DNA of 57,884 nucleotides from Chiloscyllium plagiosum (taxonomy: Eukaryota). The stretch covers positions 82,467,243-82,525,126 of the forward strand of contig NC_057718.1 of NCBI RefSeq assembly GCF_004010195.1. The letters run 5' to 3'. The notes beneath the pieces were generated by a model. The model worked only from the letters and a program-made list of their open reading frames with translations, made no database searches and was not told where the DNA came from. Below are positions 26,361 through 38,742 of this stretch, in pieces. The position numbers and the translations under genes are program-made. Every line of letters begins with the position of its first letter. Within the stretch, counting starts at the first letter, position 1.

Positions 26361-28352
26361 TGTAACCCTTCTTCAGGACTGGCGTGGGTGTAAAGGGAGC
26401 TGCAAATAAAGAGGGTGGTGGGGGCAGGGTGGTGAAGTGGGGATAGGTGAAGACAGGTAGAGGATATGACCTGGTTGGTCAATGGGAGGAGTGAATCTGG
26501 TAGGTGGCTGAGAGGAGTGGAAGGGAGGGGGAGGGACTGGGAAGGGAGTTGGGGGATGCGAAGGGAGGTTATTTGAAATTGGAGAACTCAATGTTGAGTC
26601 CTCTGGGTTGTAGGCTATCCAGGCGCAAGGTGAGGTGTTGTTCCTCCAATTTGTGGTTTGATTCTTTGTGGCAATGGAGGAGGCCAAGAATGGTCATATC
26701 GGAAAGGGAGTGGGAAGGGGAATTAAAATGGGCTGTAATTGTCAGGTCGGCCCCTGTGAGCCTGGCTGAGATGCTCAGTAGTCTGGTGAACAGACCTCAA
26801 TGTCACAGAGAATGAACACCAACTCTCCGACACCCCCTGCTACCTCCCCCTTGACCACAACCCCAATGTGGCCCATCAGGCCAAAATCACTCGTACTGTC
26901 AGTGCCCTCCGATGCTCTCCCTTCCACTGCCTCCAATCTCATAGACCCCCAGCCCCGCATTCCCCGGTTCTACCTGCTCCCCAAGATCCACAAGCCCAAC
27001 TACCCCGGCTGACCCATTGTCTCCGCATCTTCCCACCAAACCCATCTCGTCCTAGCTTGACTCCATCCTCTCCCCCTTGGTTCAGGCACTTCCCACCTAC
27101 TTCAGTGACTCTAACCACATCCTCCATCTCTTCAGTAATTTCCAGTTCCCCGGCCCCCAGCGCTTTATCTTCACTACGGACATGCAGTCCTTATACATGT
27201 TCATACCCCACAAGGATGGCCTTCAGGGCTTCAGCTTTTTCCTCTCCAATAGACCCATCCAGTCCCCCTCCACCAATACCTTCCTCCACCTTGCCTAATT
27301 AGTCCTCACACTTAATCACTTTTCCTTTAACTCCTCCCATTTCCTCCAAATCCAGGGGGTGGCCATGGGCACTTGGATGGGCCCCAGCTACGTCTGCCTC
27401 TTTTTTGGCTATATCGAACAGTCCCTCTTCAGTACCTACACAGGCATTGTGCCCCAACATCTCCACCGTTCCATTGATGACTGCATTGGGTCTGCATCCT
27501 GCACTCAGACTGAACTGGAGCAGTTCATCGACTTCACCTACAACTTCCACCCCACCCTCGAATTCACTTTGTCCATCTCGGACACCTCCCTCCCCTTTTC
27601 TAACCTTTCCGTTTCCAACTCCAGTGACAGTCTCCAGATGGACATTTACTATAAACCATAGACTCTCCCAATTCCCTGGACTACACCTCCTCCCACCCAG
27701 TATCCTGCAATAACTCCATCCTGTTCTCCCAATTCCTCTGCCTCTGCCACATCTGCCCGCACAAGGAGAGATTCCACTCCCAGATGTCAACCTATTTTGA
27801 ACAACGTGCTTTCCCCCACTCTGTCATCCAGACAGCCCTCCACTGCACCACCTCCATTCCTCTTTCTATTGCTCTAAACATCCCCAACACAATAAAGACA
27901 GACTCCCCCTTGTCCTCACCTATCACCCTACCAGTTTCCACATGCAAAGCATCAGCTTGAAACACTTTCCGCCAACCCCAACTAGACTCCATCACCAAGA
28001 ACATCTTCCCCTCCCCATCCCTCTCTTCCTTCCGCAAGGACAATTCCCTTTGCCAGTCCTTGGTTTGTGCCACTGTCCCCCAGGTACCTTCCCCTGCAAC
28101 TGGAAAAGATGCAAAACCTGCCAGTACATCACCCCCTCACCTCCATCCAGGGCCCCAAACAGCCCTTCCAGGTGAGACAGAGGTTCACCTGTCTCTCTTC
28201 CAATTAGTTTACTGCATCAGGTGCTCCCAATGTGGTCTTTTCTACATTGGGGAGACCAAATGCAAACTTAGGAAACAGTTCGCTCCAATTTCAAATAACC
28301 TCCCTTCCTATCCCCCGACTCCTTTCCCAGCCCCTCCATTCCATTCCTCTCA
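26361..28352 (+). mobile_element. Penelope-like element (RT and GIY-YIG) with inverted 3' copy at its 5' side
   Basis: FYLLPKIHKP, AMGTWMGPSY, RSIDDC RT motifs; VYCIRC..FYIGET GIY-YIG; 26361-26770 is a reverse-oriented 3' end matching 28285-28352. Confidence 0.9.
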
Positions 28353-28468
28353 TCGACCTTTTAGCCCTGTTGCATTGAAATAGATACGATTTAATCCAAC
28401 AGGCATTTCTCACTCCCTCCCTTGTTCCAACCTGACCTGTCGCTTCACTTTACTATTTCTGATTACTG

Positions 28469-28581
28469 GGCAAAAATGAGGACTGCAGATGCTGGAAACC
28501 AGAGTCTAGATTAGAGTGGTGCTGGAAAAGCACAGCAGGTCAGGCAGCATCCGAGGAGCAGGAGGAGGAGGAGGAGTAGTA
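28469..28581 (-). mobile_element. Short PLE family A terminal insertion with 14-bp TSD
   Basis: TSD atttctgattactg at 28455-28468 and 28582-28595. Confidence 0.75.
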
Positions 28582-28639
28582 ATTTCTGATTACTGTATCA
28601 CCTCACACTTGCCTCCCTGCTGTTGAGGATCAGCACTAG

Positions 28640-29703
28640 TCGATGAAAGTAAGCATGCAGATGCAGCAGGCAGTGAGCATAGTTTTAAGGTGAGAATCCA
28701 GAACCAGGGGCCACAGTCTATGGACATGATAAAAGTCATTTTGGACTGAGATGAGGAGAAATGTATTCACCAGAGAGTGGTGAGCCTGTGGAATTCTCTG
28801 CCACAGGAAGCAGTTGAGTCAAAGATTGAATGTTTTCAAGAAAGAGTTAGATATAGTTCTTGAGGTTAAAGGGATCGAGGGGTATAACAAGAAAGCAGGA
28901 ACTGGGTATTGAGTTGAATAATCAGCTATGATTACATTGAATCATGAAGCAGGCTTGAAGGAGGACTTATACAGTTTATGATAGGGCCCTGGGGAGTACT
29001 GGCAAACAGAGGGACTTAGGGTTTCGGGTGCACAGTTTCTTGACAGTTGTGTCACAGGTTGACAGGGTGGTGAAGAAGGTGTTTAGCATGCTTGCCTTCA
29101 TTGCTCAGAGCTTTGAGTACTGGAGTTGGGATATCATGTTGCAGTTGTACAGTACATTGGTGAGACCATTTTTTGAGTGCTGTGTGTAGCTCTGTTTGCC
29201 TTGCTATAGAAATGATGTTATTAAATTGGAGAGGGTGCAGAAAAGATTTACAAGGATGTTACCAAGACTGGTGGTTTAATTAGGAGGAGAGGCTGGATAG
29301 GCTGGGGTGTTCACTGGAGCATAGGAGTTTGAGGGATGACTTTATAGACGTTTATAAAATCATGAGGGGCAAAGATGAGGTGACTAGCAAAGGTCTTTCC
29401 CGAGGATGGGGGAAGTTCAAATTAAGAGAGAATAATTTTAAGGTGAGAGGAGAAAGATTTAAAAGGACCTGAGGGGCAACTTTCTTATACAGAGTGTGCT
29501 TTGCATTTGAAATGAACTGCCAGAGGAAGTGATACATGCAGGGTACAGTTACATCTTTAAGACATTTGGACAAGTACATGAATCGGAATTGTTTATTGGG
29601 ATATGGGCCACAGGCAAATGGGACTAATTTAGATTGGGAAACCTGATTGGCAAGAACAAGGTGGACCAAAGGGTCTGTTTCTGTGCCGTATGACTCTGTG
29701 ACT
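28640..29703 (+). mobile_element. Two adjacent CR1 3' fragments
   Basis: CR1 3' motifs; second ends gtatgactctgtgact. Confidence 0.8.
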
Positions 29704-30399
29704 GAACATCTAGTTTATGTTTCTTAACCTTTGAAACCTAGGACTACCTAAAGCAGCATTAAATGTGCCCAACAGCACACAATGGGTTTCAAATATACCG
29801 AAGATATGTGTGCTTATTGTTAATACAGTGCTTATAAATGTGTAAATTCACTCATTCTATCTAACATTCTGTATAACCGAACTGTCTTCAAAAGATTGCT
29901 GCCGCCAATTTTGGTGAATGTGAAATAGGGTCATCTCCCCATCTCATCAAATCATCGTCAGTTTTTACCAGTGAAAGATTGTCAATGAGATAGATTTGTG
30001 TTTTGCTTTTGGAATGTTTGCATTTTGCTACAAACTGGTATAATCATGTGGAACAGGAACTCCCAGGGTTGTGAAAGAAGCTTGCTATTGTACAGCGGAA
30101 ATATGCACGGTGTACAGGGATCCACAGAGCTGTCAACGTTGAGAAAACGCAGCGTTTACAGTCAGCAGGCAGGACTGGCGTTGACTGCACGTCCATTTAA
30201 AAACCTGAAGCTGCGCAGGGCCAGAAATGCACTCAAACACAGTTTAATATTTTTAAACCAGTGTGAGCTCCTGTCACTCCTTCAGAGTGACATTTGCCAG
30301 GTTTGTGCCTGTACTTTCCAGGCGAAATGTACCAACACCGGGACAATGCACCCTGCACATACCACAATGAAAGAGTGCAATTCAGCGACTGCTATTCCT

Positions 30400-30720
30400 C
30401 TATTGCTTTCCCTTCTCTGACGGAAGCTCGAGGTGACGAGCCTGGGAAACTGCAGAGCGGCGCGAGACGGGATCTGGGCCACGTTCCATTCCCGGAGCTG
30501 GGGGAGAAGGAACTACACCTCCCGGCATGCTCAGCGAACACCTTGTCCTGTCCCGTCCAGCTATTGGTCGGGGTTGGATTGGAGCGGCCAATGGCAGCCG
30601 GGGGTGGAGGGGGGAGGGGGCGGGGTGAGCATCGGCCGGCTGCCAGCGCTGGGGAGAGAAGTGCCACGACTCCAAGGCGGTCGGGCTCAGTCCGTGTTGT
30701 GTGTGGATCGGCGGGCAGGG
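30400..30720 (+). promoter_or_regulatory. RRBP1: CpG-island promoter, probably of RRBP1
   Basis: CpG-rich, TE-free; CGGAAG 30421; ZNF143-type ACTACAccTCCCgGCATGC 30512-30530; CCAAT/ATTGG at 30563, 30578, 30588; GC box 30617-30625. Confidence 0.75.
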
Positions 30721-30861
30721 AAAAAAAAAGGGGAGGGGGCTGAAGGACAAGGGTAGGGAGGCATCTCTCACACGATCTGCACCGCACCACAGTTAGATTC
30801 AACAGCCCGGGAGACAGAGACCCCACCACCCACCCCTCCACAGGCTTGTCTCACGGTTGAG
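30680..30861 (+). other. RRBP1: Putative non-coding first exon (start approximate)
   Basis: Strong donor GAG|GTAAGG at 30861/30862 just downstream of the promoter; the coding exon has an acceptor upstream of its ATG, so an upstream UTR exon is needed. Confidence 0.55.
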
Positions 30862-31379
30862 GTAAGGACACTCCATTGATTATAATAAACCCTCTGGCAC
30901 TGGCTGATGGGGGCATTGGGTACCTTCCGGCACTGTTACCCCCTTCTCTATCTCCACCTCCTCCTGTTCCCCACCCCGCAAACACATTGCCCTCTTACTG
31001 ACTGTCTCTCTGATAACGAGCTTGCGTTTTGATCCTGTATGGACACATTGCATACGTGTTCAACTGGGGAAGGTGGGAACAGAATGGGAAAGAAGGTGGG
31101 GGTATGTGAAAAATGTGTTTTTGTTTTACTTGGAGTAAATACAATGGTGCACTGCACTGGCTCGTTTCAGCACACGTCCTGTCAAATGTCTGGATCCACA
31201 TTTTTATAAAGCAACTTCTATTGAACGTTTGATTATTTAAAAGTCAAGTTTCATTTTGGGATGCACAACTTAGTATTAGTATCGTTTTTAAAGTCACGAA
31301 ACAGTTCTACTGAGTTTGAAGTACACGCAGTGTTACAAAGGTTAAGAATTTAAAACTGGACGAAATATCAAAAAGATAT

Positions 31380-31500
31380 CTGATGAGGTGAAATAAGGTC
31401 GTAGACCTGAAACATTCTTCACAGACGCTGACCAGGTCTTCCGAAAAAAATACATTTTCTGTTTTTAGTTCAGATTTTCTGCATTAACAACGATATACTT
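31380..31500 (+). mobile_element. Decayed PLE terminal fragment with hammerhead remnant
   Basis: CTGATGA..AGGTC gta GACCT GAAAC followed by a cacagacgctg PLE-like tail. Confidence 0.45.
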
Positions 31501-32624
31501 TGATTTAAAAAAGTTTGCTTGCTTGATGAAATACTTTTAAGCAGAGGACATTTTTGTACCTTGATCCAACAGCTGTGCAAACAGTCATGTGTCAAATGTG
31601 ATTTTGTTGGATTTTTATTTTGGTTTGTGAGCTACACTGTTGAAATTTATCTTGAGATGGTTTGAATTTGACTTTGCTTTCGAGTTAGAATTTAAGGCAG
31701 TAAATCTAAAAGAGAATCGAGGCAACTTCCTGAAAGAAAAGCGATTTTTTTCTAAGTGTTCCACAAAAAAAATAGCTGCCAATGGGAAAGATTGCAGTGC
31801 TATTTAACGTCGTGAAAAATGGTTCTGTGTCTAGGAAAGTTTAAATTCAGGAGATATTAAGGGGATTTGGAACTGGGGCTGAAGTTTGAGTCAGACACAG
31901 AGAATCTGTCAGACATTCCACAAATTAACCACGTACAGAACTGAAATCGTTCCTTTTTTTTGTTCCCCTCCGTTTAGTCTGGAAGATTGATTGTAATCTC
32001 AGGGATCCCCTCCCCGGTCTAGATTTTGAGAGATAATCTCCCTGCAGTGAGACAGACTGTGTGCAAAGAAACGGTCGAGCTTATTTTCAGCAGCTAACGG
32101 TTTTTTTTGAGTGGGCAGACTGAGGAATGTGTGTACACGTTGGCTCTCTGAAATGCTGAAGATCCGGCAATGAAATCTGACCAGTCAGAAACTGCCTCAT
32201 CTTAATACGGTGTCACTGGGATCCGGCACACACACACGCACACACACACAGGGAGATCCGCGCGGCCCTAAAGCCGGATGCATTAACTGGTCCAGTAACT
32301 AATATGATTTGAGGAGGAGAAGCAGACTTATAGTTCATCATACCTGTACAGTAGTTCTTATGGTCCTTGCACGATTTTTTTATTCCCGCAGTTCCTTCAA
32401 CACAAATGCAGACCAAGGGGTTTTATCCTTTTTAGAATTAATTAGATGTTCTTTGCTGTTTGTGAAAAGAATTAATTGCGGGATTGATATTTGTTATGAA
32501 ACGGCTGAATCTCCAATTAATTATAATTGGATTTAACTGTGTAAAGCATTCGGATCCAGTGTATTCCTTCTATTTGCAGTACTGAGTTTCTTCTCAAATA
32601 ACCCGTCCCCCATTTTCATCTTAG

Positions 32625-33425
32625 ATGGGAGCGAAGTCCTGTTTCAACTTCCTGCAACATCCAACCTATGCCCATTGCCCTCTCCACTCAGGTTCCCATC
32701 CTGCCATATTGTTCACATTCCCATCCTCTCCTCAGTTCCATACGACATCCCATTTTTTTCCCTCACATTGCTTTAAGACCCCAACTCAGCTGGCCTTACC
32801 TTGTCATGTTTCTGCCCTTGTCATCTTGTTCCTCCTTCCACGTCTTCTCCATCTCTCTTCCACCTCACCCCGTCACTCTCCCCTCATCCCGCTCTCCCGC
32901 ACCTGCTTCTTCCCCATCCCATTTCTTTGTCCCAACAAGCTTGTTCCTCTCCCGTTCTCTTTCCTCTTTCTCCTCATTGTCCCGATTATGCCCCCATTGT
33001 CCTGTTTCTGCCCTGTTGCCTTGTTCCCCTTCCCATTTTTCAACTGTTTCAGCTTATCTTGCAGCCCATCCCACCTTGATTTGTTTCTGCCCCTGCTTCT
33101 CCCTTGATTCATCCTGATTTTTCTCTGTTGCTCTGCCCACTTGTCATTTCCCCGTCCCACCTTGAACTGTTTCTCTGCCACCACAATCTTGATCTGCTTC
33201 CCATATTATCGCACTCTCTGTCCCAAAGAATAATTACTCACCCCCAACATCTCATTACTCCCTCTTCATTTTGTTACTCCTCCATCCTGTAACTTACTCC
33301 CTCCTCATCCTGTTGCTTGAACCCTTCCTGTTCCTCTCCTCTCCTATCCCATTTGTGCTCCCTCACCTCACCCCATTTCTTCCTCCAACCCATTTCTCTC
33401 CCCTTCTCTCATCTTGTTATCTTCT
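32625..33425 (+). repeat. Pyrimidine-rich low-complexity tract
   Basis: Strong C/T bias over ~800 bp. Confidence 0.85.
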
Positions 33426-33454
33426 AAAATTAGGAGTTTAGCAATGTGATTATT

Positions 33455-33912
33455 TCTGAGGCGGGAATTGAACCTGGGTCTCTGGTGCTGTGAGGCAGCA
33501 GTGCTAACCACTGTGAAACTGTGCCGTCGTATTATGGATGTTCTTCGGGAAAATAGCCCCAGCCAATTCAGCCTTTCCCTATACCTCAAACCCTCCAATC
33601 TTGTAATTTTTTTCTGAATCTTTTCAAGTTTAACAACATCCTTCCTATAGCGGGGGAGAACAGAATTGTACGCAGTATTCAAAAAGTGGCCTAACCAATG
33701 TCCTGTACAGCCGCAACATGACATCCCAACTCCGATACTCAATGCGCTGACCAATAAAGGAAAACATACCTCATGCATTCTTCACTATCCTATCTGCCTG
33801 CGACTCCAACTTCAAGGAACTAGGAACCTGCACCCCAAGGTCTGTTTGCTTGGCAACACACCCCAGGACTTTACCATTAAGTGTATAAGTCCTGCCCTGA
33901 TTTGCCCTATCT
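33455..33912 (-). mobile_element. HE1 SINE head (33455-33528) adjacent to a CR1 fragment (33548-33912)
   Basis: Reverse tRNA head; YRKDVVKLEKIQKK peptide. Confidence 0.75.
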
Positions 33913-34194
33913 AAATAGAACACCTCCCATTTAGAGCTGTTGGTGGGAAGTTGACACAAAGTCTTATAGGTCAATTCCCAGTGGTAGGATACAGAAAGGG
34001 GGAGGCAGAAATTTAGAATAATTGTCAAGCTGGAAAAGAAAATAATTAAGAATATAAATAATGGAGTGTACCATGAGAAACCTTTTGCTGTCCTCTCATT
34101 TTCAACAGCTCACAAAGGTATTTATGTAAATACCTTCTCAACCTTTACTAAAATTAATCTGCGACTGTCTGCACTTTGTCCTCTCCCCTCTTTT

Positions 34195-34200
34195 TCTCTG

Positions 34201-34232
<32 letters not shown>
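34195..34232. repeat. (TC)n microsatellite
   Basis: Direct observation. Confidence 0.95.
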
Positions 34233-34825
34233 CCTGTTTATGGAAGAACACCTGGCTGGCAGCGTCACAGGAATCTGAGACCTTATCTGTCCTGTTGAAA
34301 GGTAGCTTTACTGGTTATAAGGACAACTCCACCTAATTTGTGAACCTTCAGGCAAGGAACCAGCTGTTTTCCATTGATGAGGTACAATGAGGTAACTGGT
34401 TATTGTACAGAAGCTTTCGTGAGTAACTTTAGAAAGGTCGCTGTTTTACAAAGACTCCATTAAGAACTCAAACTAAAGACATCAGACATTGCAGGTAACT
34501 TGCTGGCATTTTTCTAGAATGTCAAAATTCCTCGGTGATAATTGTGCAGTTTCCATGGAGTTTTCATGAATTCCTGCTCTGGGTACAAAACTGCCTAGAA
34601 GTAAGTCTTGAAAAATTGAATAGTTCACATTCTTTGAATACTTTTTAAATGTGGATGCGGTGCGTTTACTGTTGCTGTAAAGTTGTTTGTGATAGCCCAC
34701 CTTCATCTGCATTGATATAACTGAAAAACTTCACGGGGACAGGAGTTTCATATCAAGGCAATCTCTACTGTCCCCATGAAATCCCCAGGAAACCTTCCAT
34801 CATGACTTGATATGAAACTGGAGTA

Positions 34826-35130
34826 ATGATGGAAGGTTTCCTGTCATAAAAGGCATTAGTGAACCAATTGGGGTTTTTATGGCAATTTGACAGCAACACA
34901 TTTGGTTTTTTTTTAAATTTCTAACTCGAGCTGGAAATTTCTAGCTGGCGATGTATGGATGTTTGCTTTAATAATAATGACAATCAGTGATAGTCATCAT
35001 GGCCATCGTCACTGGGGCTAATTTTCAATTCCTGAATTAATAATTGAATTTAAATTCCAACAGCTACCATACTTTGATTTGAATTGGATGACTGGTCAAA
35101 TCAGGTTGCCACAGCATCATCATCTCCCCC
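34826..35130 (-). mobile_element. Decayed SINE (same family as 42392-44430)
   Basis: cattagtgaacc..gggtttttat reverse-matches 43920-43960. Confidence 0.55.
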
Positions 35131-35931
35131 ACATGCTTGCATTAATTGCTGCTTGTGACAGATTAATTCATTGTAAGTACATTTGGCCCCTAAGTATTAC
35201 GATTACTTAACTAACAGATGCCTCTCGTAGAAGCCATCTGCAAAAAAACTACATACTTAGTACTTCATCCAAAATGGTTTTTGTACTTAAAATGGAGAAA
35301 CCCCAACTTCTTTTATCAAATGAGTAAAATATGAGAATTTATACATGTTCTAATCTGAAGAAAGTAATCTTCCGACATAAAAAGGTCTCTCTCTTCCCAC
35401 CCCTCACTTCTTCACTCACTGTTAGAACCATTCCAGCTCAACTTTTCCACTTCCTGAGCCAAATACCACCTACCCGCAGATCTTTAAAAATGATTTTTTA
35501 TATGTTTGGCGATTCTACAAAAATATGAACAGCAGGAGATCTGTCAGTCATTGAGTTTGTTTTATATTCTCTGACTATTATATGTGTAATGGGTGGCTCA
35601 AGCCCCATTTACTAACTAGCCTTTACCCTATATCACTTGATAGTTTTACCAAAAAAAAACTTCTGATCTCAGTCTTTAAATTTTCAATTAACACCCAGCA
35701 TCGACAGTGATTTAAGAAGAGGCGGGGAGGTGGAGTGAGGGGATCTGGAGAAGGCAATTCCAGATTTCCACTGCATGTTAAGACATGAAGGCAAAATTTA
35801 CCAGCAACCATTTCTGGGTAGCAAACTGGAATCCTGAGTTAAGAAAGATAGGCCTGTGATCCATCCCAAATTGGTCTTCAGAACTTGGGTTTCCCCAGTG
35901 CAACTCATTAATCAAGACCAGCCTAATTTCA

Positions 35932-36079
35932 AAGTTAAAAATCACACAACACCAGGTTATAGTCCAACAGGTTTAATTGGAAGCACACTAGCTTCCAATT
36001 AAACCTGTTGGACTATAACCTGGTGTTGTGTGATTTTTAACTTTGTACACCCCAGCCCAACACCGGCATCTCCAAATCA
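35932..36079. mobile_element. Palindromic mini-PLE (family B) with 12-bp TSD
   Basis: Perfect 55-bp arms 35930-35984 and 35991-36045; TSD agcctaatttca at 35920-35931 and 36080-36091. Confidence 0.85.
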
Positions 36080-36344
36080 AGCCTAATTTCAGACTGGGTT
36101 AAGACTTGCAAATTCTGGTTCCACAATTAAGTGAGTGTGTAAAGCAAACACACCTGATGATTACCATGTCAAGTTACTGGAAGGGAATCTATGGATGGCT
36201 AATAAGTGCTGGCCCAACCAGCGATGCCCACATCCCGTGAATAACTTTTAAAATAAAGCTGTTTTCAGGGCTATTGTAGATCCTCAAATCCTATTTGAAC
36301 CATACCCAGAGTAAACTGCTGGACTAAATTGTGTTCCAGAAAGC

Positions 36345-36740
36345 ATCATTTTCATAGAGAGACTGCAAAAGTTGCGATTGTTCTCCTTTGGAGAAGAGAA
36401 GGATGAGAAGAAATTTGTTAGAAGTATTCAAAATTTATGGGCACCATTACAAATTAGATGGGGGAGAAACTGTTCCCATTGCTACAAGGATCAAGAAGCA
36501 GAAGGCACGGATCTAAGGTAAGTAGCAAAAGGCCAAATGTGACGTCAGGGAAAACTGTCACTTTGCAAGCATTCAGGATCTGTGATGCACTGCCTGCGAA
36601 TGTGGAGGAGGCATGATCAAGTGAGACTTTCAGAAGGTAATTGGATTATTATCTGAAAAGGAAAGGTATTTTCATCGCTATGAGAAACAGGCAGGGGAGT
36701 GCCACGAGGTGAATTGTTCTTTCAGAAGGCCAGCACAGAT
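36345..36740 (+). mobile_element. Degenerate CR1 3' fragment
   Basis: ttgttctcctttggagaagagaagg and gagaaactgttccc motifs. Confidence 0.6.
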
Positions 36741-36789
36741 ATTTCCTTAATGTCGTAATGGATTGAGGGCTTCACTAGCTATGCCAGCA

Positions 36790-38740
36790 GGGAAAGTCAT
36801 GGTGAGCTGCCTCCTTGAGCTGTTACAGTCTTTGGTGTGAAGCTAGGCTCAATGCTATTTAGACAGGAGCTTCAGGACTTTGACCCAGTAACAGTGAATG
36901 AGCGGTGAAGTACTTCTGAGTCAGGATGGTGTCTGGCTTGGGGGAAACTTGCAACTGGCAGTGATTTCATGTTTTTGCTGCCTTTGTCATCATAGGCAGT
37001 GGAAGTAGAGATATAGGAAAGTGCTGTTGATAGAGTCTTATTGAGTTGCTGCTTATAAATTGTACATGCTGCTGCCAATATGCATCAGTTGTGAAGGGAG
37101 TGAATGTTGAAGGTGATGAGCAGTGAATTGGACTGCTTTGTCTTTGTGGTTGTCAAACTTCTATTATTGGAGCTGCAATCACCCAGGCAAGTGGAGAATA
37201 GATTAGATTAGGTTCCCTACAGTGTGGAAACGGGTCATTTGGCCCAACAAGTCCACATTGACCCACCGAAGAGTAATCCACCCAGACCAATTTCCCACTG
37301 GCTAATACACCTAACATCGTGGGCAATTTAGCAGGGCCAATTCACCTGAACTGCACATCTTTGGATTGTGGGAGGAAACCGGAGCACCCAGAGGAAATAC
37401 AGGGAGAATGTGCAAACTTCACAAAGGCAGTTACCCGAGGCTGGAATCGAACCTGGGTCCTTGGCGCTGTGAGGCAGCAGTGCTAACTACTGTGCCACCC
37501 ATAAATATTCCATCACACTCCTAACTTGCGCCTTTTGGTTAATGGATATGTGTTGGGGACTCAAAGGTGAGTTGATTGCAGAACTCTCAGCCTCTTACTT
37601 GCTCCTGTAGCCCCTGCATTTATATTGCTAGTTCAGTTCAGTTTCTGATGAGTAATAAGCCTCCATATGTTGGTGGAGGATTCACCAATGGCAGTGACAC
37701 TGAACATTAAGAGGTGATGCTTTGGATTCTCACTTTTTTTTTTGTGATGGTCTTTACTTGACATTTGCATGGTGCAAATGTTATTTGCCACTTATCAGCT
37801 GAAACCTAGAAGTCTTCCAAGTTTTGCTGCACATGGACAGACGCTGATTCAGTATATGAGAAGTTGGAAATGGTGCTGAATGTTGTGTAATCATCAGCAG
37901 ACATCCCTACTCTGATCTTATGGTGGAGAGAGGATCATTGATGAAGCAACTGAAGATGAGGTGTCCTGGGACTGAGATAATTGACTATTAACTCTCACAA
38001 CCATCTCCCTCTATGCTACGAATAACTGTAGCTAATGGAGAGTTTCCCTTGATTTACAATCACTCCAATTTTGCCAGGTCTATTTGACGTCATTATTGAT
38101 TAATTTCTGCCTGGATGTCGAGTACAGTTCCTCTCACCTTGTGTCTTGTGTCTAAGTTAGGATCAAGACTAAATTGAGGCCAGGAGCTGTGTGGCCCTTG
38201 CAGAGCCCAACTGAACGTCAGTGATCTGGTTATTTGTTAGCAAGCGTCACCTGATAGTACTGTCGACGACCTCTTTTGTCACTTTGCTGATTGTTGAGAG
38301 TAGACTGATAGGATGGTTTTTAGCTGGGTTAGATTTTTCCTGTTTTTTGTGGACAGTGCAATTTATCATTTTGCTGTTTAAATGTTTATGTAACGATAAA
38401 TGAGAGGTTAGCGAAGGGCCTGGCAAGCTCTGGAGTTCAAGTTTTCATATTATAGCCAGAATGTTGTCAGAGGCCATAGCCTTTGCAGTATTCAGTGCCT
38501 TGAGCCATTTTTCGATGTCAAGCGAAATGAAGACGGAAACTGTGATTTTGGGCACCTCAAGAGATGTCTGAAATGGATCTGTGTGATTGCTTAGCCCTAT
38601 CTGTTGCATGCTGTTTACGCTGTTTGGCATGCAAACAAACCTTTCTACGCTTACTAGTTGACACGTCATTCTAAGGTGCTGCACATGGCATGCCCTCCTA
38701 CAGTCTTTAATGAACCAGGTTGGTCAACCAGCTTGATGGT
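36790..38740 (-). mobile_element. CR1-group LINE family 2 remnant (HE1 SINE nested at 37198-37500)
   Basis: LKALNTAKAMASDNILAII peptide; homologous to 42520-43880. Confidence 0.75.
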
Positions 38741-38742
38741 AA

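Noticed and set aside
29998..30841. Overlapping ORFs of 100-150 aa
   Set aside because: Expected in a GC-rich promoter; no recognisable protein
32625..33184. ORFs in several frames
   Set aside because: Low-complexity sequence depleted of stop codons
35930..36045. DNA-transposon MITE or miRNA precursor
   Set aside because: Asymmetric 3' extension, variable 9-15 bp TSDs across copies and PLE hammerhead homology indicate retroelement origin; no small-RNA evidence
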